Notes: generated from the letters alone by a model not told the origin. Shown: positions 1-9,847, numbered from the whole stretch's first letter. The stretch: DNA of 63,862 nt, filler included, from Octopus bimaculoides (GCF_001194135.2; 9 parts of 8 records of this genome joined end to end with filler, not necessarily neighbours in it); one strand, 5' to 3'. Program-made: numbers and translations.

Positions 1-15
1 TATATATATATATAT

Positions 16-46
<31 letters not shown>

Positions 47-231
47 ATATATATATATATTTTATATATATATATATTATATATATATATATTTTATATA
101 TATATTGTATATATATATCACATTGGAGCCTGGTGCAGCCATCTGGTTTCACCAGTCCTCAGTTAAATCGTCCAACCCATGCTAGCGTGGAAAGCGGACG
201 TTAAACGACGACGATGATGATGATGATGATT

Positions 232-1340
232 GTTTATTTTGTAGAATGACATTGTAGGCTAGGTGTGGAAGGCCTTATCTGGCTGGCTTGAACATGAAGC
301 AAATAGCATATTTGAGCTAGACATGGCCAGTTTAACCCTTTAGCATTCAGATTATTTTTCAAGATTTCAATGATGTGATTGTTTATTTATAGAGTGACAT
401 TGTAGGGTATGTGTGAGAGTTCAGATCTGGCTGGTTTGAATATAAAACAGAATATTTGGGGTTGTATGGCCAGTTTGACTCACTAGCAATTGGATTGCTC
501 TGTCAAAGGTGATGCTTATTTATTCATATTGTTTTGAATTTAATCGTGCATTGTCTCATAGCTTTTGAGTTTATTTTTAGAATGACATTGTGGGGTAGGT
601 GTGAGAGGCCTGACCCTTTTAGTTTGAACATAAAAAACCGGTAGAATATTCAGGTTGACCCTTCATTCATTCACATCGTTTTGAATTAATCATGGATTAT
701 CTTAAGATTTTGATGATGTGGGTGACATTGTAGGGTAGGTGTGAGAGGTCGGATCTGGTTGGTTTGAACATAAAACAAATATTTAGGCTGGACATGGCCA
801 GTTTAACCTCTTAGTATTCAAATTACTCTGTCAAATATAATTCTTATTTTTTTCACATTATGAATTAACCATGCATTATCTCATAGCTTTGAGATTTCGA
901 TAATGTGATTGTTTTTTTTTTAGAATGGCATTACAGGGTATGTGTGATAGGCTGGATCTAGTCAGTTTGAACACGAAGCTGAATATTTTGGTTGGATATA
1001 GCCAGGTCAACCCTTTAACATTCAGATTACTGTCAGATGTAATGATTATTTATTCACATTGGTTTGAATTGTGCATTATTTCGAGATTTTGATGATGTGA
1101 ACAACATTGTAGGATATGTACGAGAGGTCAGATCTGGCCAGAGAATATTTGGGCTGGACGTAGCCAGTTTCACCCTTTAGCATTCAGATCGCTGTCAAAT
1201 GTAGTGTTTATTTATTTTCATTGTTTTAAATTAATCATGCACTGTTTCAAGATTTTGATGATGGGAATAATGATGCAGGAATGGTGTGAGAGGCCAGATC
1301 TGATGGGTTTGAACATAAAACAGGTAGAATATTTGGGCCT
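232..1340 (+). mobile_element. Degenerate tandem array (about 6-7 units of 140-205 bp) of a TTAA-bounded, piggyBac-like MITE
   Basis: repeated ttaaccctttagcattcagatt...gtgagagg...gaacataaaa...ggccagt units; a complete copy of the family is at 28312-28537. Confidence 0.7.
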
Positions 1341-1712
1341 TGGCACTCGGGGCCCCATTCCTAGTGCCCACTGCCTCCCATTCTACACCACAAAATATAG
1401 GTCACTTTCTGCAACAAATTCAAAACAGCTGTATTTCACAAATAAAACTTAACCTAATTAACTCATTATTTTAGGGTTTTTTTATATCCATTGCTCCCTT
1501 TTAGCTACTCCATTACCACCCCGACTTTGGGAACTACTGTGCTATGTGCTAAAGGTTTAAATGCCAACAGCACAGTCCACCTAGCTGAATGTAGGTGCCA
1601 CCCTAGTACACAACAACACCAACAATGCGATAGATATCTTGTAAAGCTCCCCAGGAATCCTACATATTTTTTTCATCACTCATGTCTTTCATGTTTCCAT
1701 GTCTTTTTGCAG

Positions 1713-1802
1713 AGGCTCCGCGACCAGATTAAAACATGGGTGGCTTCAAGCGATGTGAAGGACAAACAGGTTTTGACTGACAACCGGAAGCTAATTGAAA
1801 TG
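1713..1802 (+). CDS. CNOT3: CNOT3 internal exon, N-terminal Not3 domain (90 nt)
   Basis: tttttgcag| [30 protein letters not shown] |gtaggt; matches the metazoan CNOT3 segment [18 protein letters not shown]. Confidence 0.96.
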
Positions 1803-2386
1803 GTAGGTACCAGGTGTCTTTCCACACGGATTCCAAAGGAGGATGAGTTTCGCTTCTTGTTGAAGTCTTAGTATTTGTGTGTATATTATTATCTCAGTGT
1901 ATTACTCTTTTTTCCATTTTATTCTTTTATTTGTTTCAGTCATGTGACTGCGGCCATGCTGAAGCATCGCTTTTAGTCGAACAAATCGACCCCAGAACTT
2001 ATTCTTTGTAATAATGTATTTATTCTATCAGTCTCTTTTGTCGACCGGCACAAGGGCCAGTCACACGGTACTGGCTACGGCCACGTTCAAAAAGGTGTGT
2101 TTTATGTGCCACCTGCACGGGAGCCAGTCCAGCAGTACTGGCAATGACCTTACTCAAATAATTTTCTAACGTGCCACCAGTACAAGTGCTAGAAGACAAC
2201 GCTGGTAACGATTACGCTCTAATGGTGCTATTTACGGGCCACTAGCACAGAAGCGAGACGGCTGCTCTGGCAATAAACATGCTCGACAGTGCTGTTAGTA
2301 CTCCACTGGCGCGGTGACATATATATATATATATATATTTAAAAATTTAAAGAATGGAGAAAACGCATGTTATAATTGCATACTTT

Positions 2387-2472
2387 ATTCCTACATCTGT
2401 TTCAAAGGATTACAACCTGTGTGATCCATATGGATCTATGATATTAAAATTGTAACCTTCTCTTCAGGGAAT
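2387..2472 (-). ncRNA. Mirror-image hammerhead motif in the left arm of the palindrome
   Basis: reverse complement of 2513-2598, but helix III loop is AGAU instead of AUAU; predicted cut between 2392 and 2391. Confidence 0.65.
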
Positions 2473-2512
2473 GCATGGTCATAATGTCTTACGTTTAAGA
2501 TGATTACCATGC

Positions 2513-2598
2513 ATTCCCTGAAGAGAAGGTTACAATTTTAATATCACAGATCCATATGGATCACACAGGTTGTAATCCTTTGAAACATATGTAGGAAT
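2513..2598 (+). ncRNA. Minimal type-I hammerhead ribozyme motif (Penelope pLTR type), sense to CNOT3
   Basis: helix I AUUCC/GGAAU; core CUGAAGA; helix II GAAGG-UUACAA/UUGUAA-U-CCUUU; GAAA; helix III AC-AUAU-GU (palindromic); cleavage GUA after 2593. The 10.1-11.1 pair is G-U, not G-C. Confidence 0.72.
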
Positions 2599-2954
2599 AA
2601 AGTATGCAATTATAACATGCGTTTTCTCTATTCCTTAAATTCTTAAATATACTCAAATACCCAAAATTTCAAGGAGTTCCTGCCTTAAAAACAGGAACTA
2701 CACCACAGTTATTTTGTGTTCTTTGCTACATTGGTTTCTATTAACCCATTTATTCTATCCGAAGAATTTTTATTCATTAAGATAGAAGAAATACATATAA
2801 TTAAATATATATATATATATGTATATTTATTTATTTATTTATGCATGCATGTGTGTTTATTTTTGTGTGTGTGGTTGAACATGTTGACTTTCTTACCATT
2901 CTGTCTCCTAATACGGCAAATCCCTTACTTTCAATTTTTCTTTTGTCTTTGAAG

Positions 2955-3083
2955 CAAATGGAGAGGTTTAAGATTGTGGAGAAGGAGACGAAGACCAAAG
3001 CATATTCCAAAGAAGGTCTGGGAGCAGCGGCCAAAATGGACCCGGTCACCAAAGAGAAGGGCGAAACAATAAACTGGTTATCT
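2955..3083 (+). CDS. CNOT3: CNOT3 exon (129 nt)
   Basis: tctttgaag| [43 protein letters not shown] |gtaagt; contains the conserved [12 protein letters not shown] motif. Confidence 0.97.
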
Positions 3084-3178
3084 GTAAGTATTCGACAGGC
3101 CAGACCCTTGACCACTGATCCTGTTCTCAATGTTATTGTTGATGCCTTCATTTTAGGGAGTTGTATGTCTTTATATTG

Positions 3179-3735
3179 GTGAGGTGCATGGCTTAGTGGT
3201 TGAAGTGTTAGTCATGAATCTGGGTCCCCCCTACCTTTTTTGGGGGTTGGCATTAATACTAATGAAGTAACCAAATGACATGACCCCCTCAACTGAAGGA
3301 AAGAGTAGTATAGAGGGAGGTGGCTGTATGCAAGGTGATAAGGGTTCAGAGTATGACAAAAGGGGAAAAATAAGGTGTTTTACAGTTAGGGAGAGATATA
3401 TGGATACTCCAGTTGGAAAAGAGAGATAGTAGAGATGCATTAGGTCAAATTCACTAAATAAAACTGTAGGACGAATATCTCATCTCGTCTCATGAGCAAG
3501 ACACTTTATTTCACATTGCTCCAGTCTACTCAGCTGGCAAAAATGAGTAGTACCTGTATTTCAAAGGGGCCAGCCTTGTCATGCTATGTGACATGCTGAG
3601 TCTCCCTGAGAACTATGTTAGGGGTACACGTGTCTGTGGAGTGCTCAGCCACTTGCATGTTAATTTCATGAGCAAGCTGTTCCGTTGATCGTATCAACTG
3701 GGACCCTCGTCGTTGTAACCGACGGAGTGCTCCTT
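3179..3735 (+). mobile_element. Long tRNA-headed SINE, interrupted
   Basis: head at 3179-3230, body gagcaagacactttatttcac...ccgacggagtg; copies at 10700-10910, 13276-13430, 45400-45705. Confidence 0.7.
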
Positions 3736-4461
3736 CTATATTTAAGTACGGTATAAAAGAATTGGGTTTGTACATGTATTTGTGTGTATATCACAAGCAA
3801 AATGAGCTAAGGGAAATAACTCAGAATAGCTAAAAGGAAGAATTTGGATATGCAAAGTATGATAGAAAAACAGAAAAGGTTGGTAGGTTGAGAAGTGCAC
3901 CAGAGTGAGAAGAATGTGATAGGGGATGAGTGGTGCACAGAGGGTATCGGTTTTGGAGGAAGGGGACAGCAAAAAAGAAGAAAGTTATACGAAATTCTGC
4001 ACAAGAGTGAAATAATATCCTCTTTCTGTTGTGTCTGGGGAGAGTCATTTTCTTATTGTGCCTTAAAATTTAACACACTCACCGGTAAAATTTCCACTTA
4101 TTTCTTATTTTTATTTTCCTAAAATTTTCGTTGCGTCTTGCAACCTTTTCAATAGCCTTTGTTTTCAAAGAAATTAAACAAAATTCTGATTGCTAATGAC
4201 TGAATAAAGAGGTAATCTTAAAGAATGAAAGGGCCATGGATTGCTTTTTTTTTCTGGAAGAAAGAGGACAGCTCTGTACATGTTTCTCCCTCGATAATCA
4301 TCATTAGCACAGCATTATTTTGATAAAATGTTTGTGTATTCATTTTCATTTTATCTAGTTTCAGCTCATGAGCTGTGGCCATGCTGGTGCACCGTATTAT
4401 ATATGTGTGTGTGTAACATTAATTTTAACGTTTTCCTTTTCTTTTTTTCTTTCTTCTGCAG

Positions 4462-4557
4462 CATTCTATAGATGACTTAAATATGCAGCTAGATAAATTT
4501 GAAAGTGAGTTAGAGACTATAGTTGCAGGGTCCAAAAAGAAAAAACTAGACAAAGAG
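4462..4557 (+). CDS. CNOT3: CNOT3 exon (96 nt)
   Basis: ttcttctgcag| HSIDDLNMQLDKFESELETIVAGSKKKKLDKE |gtttgt; resembles [20 protein letters not shown]; too short for the ORF track. Confidence 0.93.
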
Positions 4558-5034
4558 GTTTGTTTCTGTTCTTTTTATCATTATTATTATTGTTGTTGTT
4601 ATTGTTAAGGTGGTAAGCTGGCAGAATTATTAGAATACTGAGCAAATTGCTTAACAATATTTCATCCGTTTTTACATTCTGAGTTCAGATTCCCTAAATG
4701 TTGACTTTGCTTTTCATCCTTTCGGGATTGATAAAATAAGTACCAGTTAATCACTGGGGTCGATATATGTAATCGACTATTCCTCCCGCCCCAATTTCTG
4801 CCTGTGCCAAAATTTGAAACCTGTGCCAGTGGCATGTAAAAAGCACCATTAGAATGTGGTCGATGTCAGTGCTCCCTGGCTGGCTCCTGTGCCAGTGGCA
4901 CATAAAAAGCACACACTACACTCTCAGAGTGGCTCGCATTAGGAAAGGCGTCCAGCGGTAGAAACCTTGCCAGATCAGATTTGGAGCTTGGTACGGTTTA
5001 CTAGCTTGCCAGTCCTCAGTCAAACCATCTAACC

Positions 5035-5314
5035 CAGGGGTTTTCAAACTTTTTGACTTGCGGACCCCTTTATATTTCAGGCTTTACCTTAGGGACCCCT
5101 TTATAAACGCTTATGAAATTTATACATAAATATTTGCTTAAAACAACATATATTTTTACATTTATTTATTTAACAGTATTTAACAAATAGGTTTATTGCC
5201 AATTAAAAGATTTCGGTAAAAAAACCATATATAAAATCAAATTGCCCATAAAAAGTATTTGCTGTCCACGGACCCCCTGTCTTGTCCTTGCGGACCACAG
5301 TTTGAAAACCCCTG
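5035..5314 (+). mobile_element. hAT-type MITE (280 bp) inserted in a SINE
   Basis: 16-bp perfect TIR CAGGGGTTTTCAAACT; perfect 8-bp TSD ATCTAACC (5027-5034 and 5315-5322). Confidence 0.9.
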
Positions 5315-5574
5315 ATCTAACCCATGCCAGCATTAAGAGATTATCGACCCCGAGAGGATGAAAGACAAAGTCGACCTCGGCGGAATTTGAACTCAGAACG
5401 TAACGGCAGACGAAATACCACTAAGCATTTCGCCCGGCATGCTAATGACTGTGGCAGCTCACCACCTTTTGTTATTTATTGTTTTTTTTATTTCTACTTT
5501 GTTATTTGTTGTTATTTATTTTTATTTTGTTATTTGTTGTTATTTATTTCTACTTTGGTATTCGTCTTTTACAG

Positions 5575-5688
5575 AAGAACGATCGGTATGAAGAGTTGAA
5601 GCAGTGGCAGGACAAACACAAGTTTCATATCCAGCGGTTGGAGCGGATAATGCGAATGGTTGATAACGATGCTTTACCTCTTGACCAG
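5575..5688 (+). CDS. CNOT3: CNOT3 exon (114 nt)
   Basis: cttttacag| KNDRYEELKQWQDKHKFHIQRLERIMRMVDNDALPLDQ |gtcagt. Confidence 0.94.
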
Positions 5689-5891
5689 GTCAGTAGCTCT
5701 CCGACCCCCTCCGGACCCCCTACTTAGAGAACCTTTATTACACTGCAATTGATCTATTATTGATAACTCCTCAGACGTTTCTCCTTTAACATTTAAATCG
5801 GCCAGATATGGTCTCTTACATCTACCCTACAATGTCATTATAACATAAACAATCGCATCATTGAAATCTCAAAGCTATGAGATAATACATG

Positions 5892-6285
5892 GGTGGCCGT
5901 TGCCAGTACCGTCTGACTGGCCCACGTGCTGGTGGCACGTAAAAGCATCCACTACACTCTCGGAGTGGTTGGCGTTAGGAAGGGCATCCAGCTGTAGAAA
6001 CTCTGCCAAATCAGATTGGAGCCTGGTGTAGCCATCTGGTTTCACCAGTCCTCAGTCAAATCGTCCAACCCATGTTAGCATGGAAAGCGGACGTTAAACG
6101 ATGATGATGATGATATATAAACTACACTCTCGGAGTGGTTGGCATTAGGAAGGGCATCCAGCTGTAGAAACTCTGCCAAATGAGATTGGAGCCTGGTGTT
6201 GCCATCTGGTTTCACTAGTCCTCAGTCAAATCGTCCAACCCATGCTAGCATGGAAAGCGGACGTTAAACGATGATGATGGTGATG
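5892..6285 (+). mobile_element. SINE with (GAT)n tail, tandem pair
   Basis: ggttggcgttaggaagggcatccagctgtagaaactctgcc...ggacgttaaacgatgatg; many other copies, e.g. 121-231, 9890-10140, 11220-11600, 13650-13845, 18755-19230, 22880-23170, 58871-59105. Confidence 0.85.
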
Positions 6286-6566
6286 AATTTAAAACAATGT
6301 GAATAAATAAGCATTACATTTGAGAGAGTAAATCTGAATACGAAAGAGTTAAACTGGTCAGAGCCTACTTCTCACACCTATCCTACAATGTCATTCTAGA
6401 AATAGATAGTCACATCTTTAAAACCTCGAAGTTAATGTGATAATGTATGATTAGTTCAAGACGATGTGAATAAGTAAGTGTTGCATTTGACAGAGTAATT
6501 TCAATGCTAACGAGTTAATGTCGAAAATGTTAATTGTCTCTTGTAATTAACTTCTCTGTTTGGCAG

Positions 6567-6672
6567 ATCCGAAAGATCAAGGAAGATGTAGAATATTACG
6601 TGGATTCGAACCAGGATCCAGACTTTGAAGAGAATGAATATCTGTACGATGATTTGGATCTTGAAGATCGGG
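6567..6672 (+). CDS. CNOT3: CNOT3 exon, end of Not3 domain (106 nt, ends phase 1)
   Basis: gtttggcag| [35 protein letters not shown]+G |gtaaga; near-identical to [34 protein letters not shown]. Confidence 0.97.
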
Positions 6673-6734
6673 GTAAGATCATTGTCGATGCTATTGTTGT
6701 TGTGGTCGTTTATGTAACTCAATGGTTCTCCTGC

Positions 6735-6924
6735 ATTATGTGCATAAAACCTGTTATTCTGCCTGTTGGTAACTGCCTCCATGGTGAAGATCTTCTTGTT
6801 GGACCAGATCAACGTTTTGTTAGCGGCGTGCTTCATCTCAGCTAATATGGTTTCACCCCTGTTGAGCCGTTTCTTCTTGGAAGCTGCTGAAATTAACTGC
6901 CTGGATTGCCGGGATTGTTTCAGT
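6735..6924 (-). mobile_element. Tc1/mariner-superfamily transposase relic (maT/DD37D-like)
   Basis: [61 protein letters not shown] resembles the ...FSDEKIFTVE...N.QNDR.. first-Asp region. Confidence 0.65.
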
Positions 6925-7890
6925 TAGGCGTAGGAGTGGCTGTGTGGTAAGTAGCTTGCTTACCAACCACATGGTTCCAGGTTCAGTCCCACTGCGTGGC
7001 ATCTTGGGCAAGTGTCTTCTACTATAGCCTCGGGCCGACCAAAGCCTTGGGAGTGGATTTGGTCGATGGAAACTGAAAAGAAGCCCGTCGTATATATATA
7101 TATATATGTAGGCGCAGGAGTGGCTGTGTGGTAAGTAGCTTGCTTTCCAACCACATGGTTCCGGGTTCAGTCCCACTGCGTGGCACCTTGGGCAAGTGGA
7201 TTTGGTAGACGGAAACTGAAAANNNNNNNNNNNNNNNNNNNNNNNNNNNNNNNNNNNNNNNNNNNNNNNNNNNNNNNNNNNNNNNNNNNNNNNNNNNNNN
7301 NNNNNNNNNNNNNNNNNNNNNNNNNNNNNNNNNNNNNNNNNNNNNNNNNNTCAGTTAGGCGTAGGAGTGGCTGTGTGGTAAGTAGCTTGCTTACCAACCA
7401 CATGGTTCCAGGTTCAGTCCCACTGCGTGGCATCTTGGGCAAGTGTCTTCTACTATAGCCTCGGGCCGACCAAAGCCTTGGGAGTGGATTTGGTAGATGG
7501 AAACTGAAAAGAAGCCCGTCGTATATATATATATATATGTAGGCGCAGGAGTGGCTGTGTGGTAAGTAGCTTGCTTTCCAACCACATGGTTCCGGGTTCA
7601 GTCCCACTGCGTGGCACCTTGGGCAAGTGGATTTGGTAGACGGAAACTGAAAAGGAGCTTGTCGTATATATGTATGTATGTGTGTGTGTGTCAGTGTTTG
7701 TCCACCCACCATCGCTTGACAACCGGTGGTGGCGTGTTTACATCCCAATCACTTAGCGGTTCGGCAAAAAGAGACCGATAGATTAAGTACTAGGCTTCCA
7801 GAAAGAATAAGTCCTGGGGTCGATTTGCTTGACTAAAAGGCGGTGCTCCAGCATGGCCGCAGTCAAATGACTGAAACAAGTAAAAGAGAG
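6925..7890 (+). mobile_element. tRNA-derived SINE copies (gtggctgtgtggtaag family)
   Basis: A/B-box head, then ggcaagtgtcttctactatagcc and a (TA)n tail; other copies at 11850-12000, 14140-14530, 15175-15320, 19800-20141. Confidence 0.8.
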
Positions 7891-8029
7891 AGTAAGAGAT
7901 TCATTCAAAACATTGTGAATAAATAAGCATTGCATCTGACAGAATAATCTGAATGCTAAAGGGTTAAAAAAAAATATATGTTCTGTTATTAAGATTGTGT
8001 TCTGCTTTCTTTTTCTCCTTCTCGTTTAG

Positions 8030-8154
8030 GTACGGGCATCTTAGCAACGACACCGCCTGAGAATGAAGAGCTAGATAAGCTGTCTAGCACACCAACGTCC
8101 ACCAACTCAAACTCACCGTCTCCTAGTCCTAGTCTTACCGTAAACCATTCCAAA
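8030..8154 (+). CDS. CNOT3: CNOT3 linker exon (125 nt)
   Basis: ctcgtttag| (G)TGILATTPPENEELDKLSSTPTSTNSNSPSPSPSLTVNHSK |gtaagg; phase fits; SSTPTST is conserved. Confidence 0.88.
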
Positions 8155-8365
8155 GTAAGGAGCCCCTTTTATTTCTTTCTTTGCTCTCTTTGTCCCATTG
8201 GTCACCACAGTGAAGTGGCGTGGCTTAGTGGTTAGGGTTTTACTAATTAAAAAGTACATTAAATAATCTCTGCTCGTTATAAGCTTTTTATTGAGTCTTC
8301 ATTTATGCAGTTAATCTTTTAATCCTTTTTTTTTTTTTTTTTTACTGTTTTAATACCAACCCTGC

Positions 8366-8475
8366 GGAGGCGCAATGGCCCAGCGGTTAGGGCAGCGGAC
8401 TCTCGGTCATAGGATCGCGGTTTCAATTCCCAGACTGGGCGTTGTGAGTGTTTATTGAGCGAAAAAACCTAAAAG
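8366..8475 (+). mobile_element. tRNA-derived SINE head
   Basis: A box TGGCCCAGCGGT and B box GGTTTCAATTCC, followed by a SINE body rather than an acceptor stem; cut by a gap. Confidence 0.75.
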
Positions 8476-8848
8476 GTTNNNNNNNNNNNNNNNNNNNNNN
8501 NNNNNNNNNNNNNNNNNNNNNNNNNNNNNNNNNNNNNNNNNNNNNNNNNNNNNNNNNNNNNNNNNNNNNNNNNNNNNNNNNNNNNNNNNNNNNNNNNNNN
8601 NNNNNNNNNNNNNNNNNNNNNNNNNNNNNNNNNNNNNNNNNNNNNNNNNNNNNNNNNNNNNNNNNNNNNNNNNNNNNNNNNGTGTCTTCTACTATAGCCT
8701 TGTGAGTGGATTTAGTAGACGGAAACTGAAAGAATCCCGTCATATATATATATATATATATACATATTTATGTATTTATATATTTATAAAAAAGAAGTTT
8801 GAAAACGCCACTATATAAAATAAATTTTAATTTATAATTTTCTCAGAG

Positions 8849-8897
8849 ATATTTAACATGTTTCGGTTCTTGAAAAAACGAACCTTATCAAAAATAC
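8849..8897 (-). ncRNA. Hammerhead-like motif with U3/A8 core variant
   Basis: GUAUUU-UUGAUAA-GGUUC(10 nt)GAACC-GAA-ACAUGU-U-AAAUAU: helix I 6 bp, helix II 5 bp, palindromic helix III. Confidence 0.5.
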
Positions 8898-9343
8898 ATA
8901 TTTTTTTTTTTTAAATGTAATTAAAAGAAAAGTTCATAATTGTTCTTTTCTAGTGTCAACATAGTCCACGTGGGAGCGTTTTTTGTGTGGGGATATAATG
9001 GCTGTCTCGTGCGCTGACTTGAATCATTGGCTGCAGTAATATATGTGTGTGTATGTATGTATGTATATACGTATCTATGTGTCTATATATGTTTGTGTGT
9101 CGATTACGTTGACCCCAGTACTCAACTGGTACTTAATTTATCGACCCTGAAAGGATGGAAAGCAGAGTTGACCCTGGCAGCATTTGAACTCAGATTGTAA
9201 AGACAGACCAAATGCTGCTAAGCATTTTGCCCAGCATGCTAATGATTCTGTCGGCTCACTGCCATGGTAAAAATAAAAATAATAATAACCACAAAAGTAA
9301 TGCTAATAGCAACAACAGTAATAATAATAATAATAATAGATAG

Positions 9344-9627
9344 ATAGATAGATGAGTTCTTAACTTTTGTATACGATTGCTAAATTCCATCACTGATAGA
9401 ATTTGGCAATCGTATACAAAAGTTAAGAACTCGTCTTTCTATACATTATTTACATTATTTACATTTGACGGATATTCGTCCTCATCTTGTTTGTTGTTAA
9501 CACAACGTTTCGGCTGATACACCCTCCAGCCTTCGTCAGGTGTCTTGGGGAAATTTCGAACCTGGGTTGTGTTAACAAACAAGATGAAGACGAATATCCG
9601 TCAAATGTAAATAATGTAAATAATGTA
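9344..9627. repeat. Two adjacent fold-backs around a pLTR-like segment
   Basis: 9354-9387/9399-9432: 34 bp, 1 G-U, 11-nt loop. 9442-9506/9566-9627: 1 substitution and a 3-nt indel. Confidence 0.9.
9499..9544 (-). ncRNA. Minimal type-I hammerhead ribozyme motif
   Basis: GACAC-CUGACGA-A-GGCUG(GAGGGUGUAU)CAGCC-GAA-ACGU-U-GUGUU: helix I GACAC/GUGUU, helix II 5 bp, palindromic ACGU helix III, extra A after A9. Confidence 0.68.
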
Positions 9628-9796
9628 AATAATTCCTCATCTCTTAAATATAGAACTGTATCATCTTTCTATACATTACATTTCTGCTGAGTTTCCAGTC
9701 CTCTCTATAAACTAATAATAATAATAATAACCATCCCATCATTTTGGTGTTCTTTTTTTCTCCTTTGATTTGTTTGTTTTTTTTTCAATTTTCTAG

Positions 9797-9847
9797 GATA
9801 AAAGTGAAGATCATGAAAGGAAAAGGCATAAATCACAAACTGAGGAA
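9797..9847 (+). CDS. CNOT3: CNOT3 linker exon (51 nt)
   Basis: ttttctag| DKSEDHERKRHKSQTEE |gtgagt; resembles SEDDKKRGRSTDSE. Confidence 0.85.

Larger units (their letters stand above)
2334..2651. repeat. 318-bp near-perfect palindrome (probably inverted Penelope-type pseudo-LTRs)
   Basis: arms 2334-2479 and 2506-2651 (146 bp each) differ at 5 positions; the spacer also pairs (tctta/taaga). Confidence 0.93.

Noticed and set aside
6920-7652. Apparent 300-bp tandem duplication of a double SINE block; also 11293-11510
   Set aside because: Near-identical copies sit on either side of an N gap, which points to unmerged overlapping contig ends
8366-8445. tRNA gene
   Set aside because: A and B boxes are present but there is no cloverleaf closure, and the sequence continues as a SINE body
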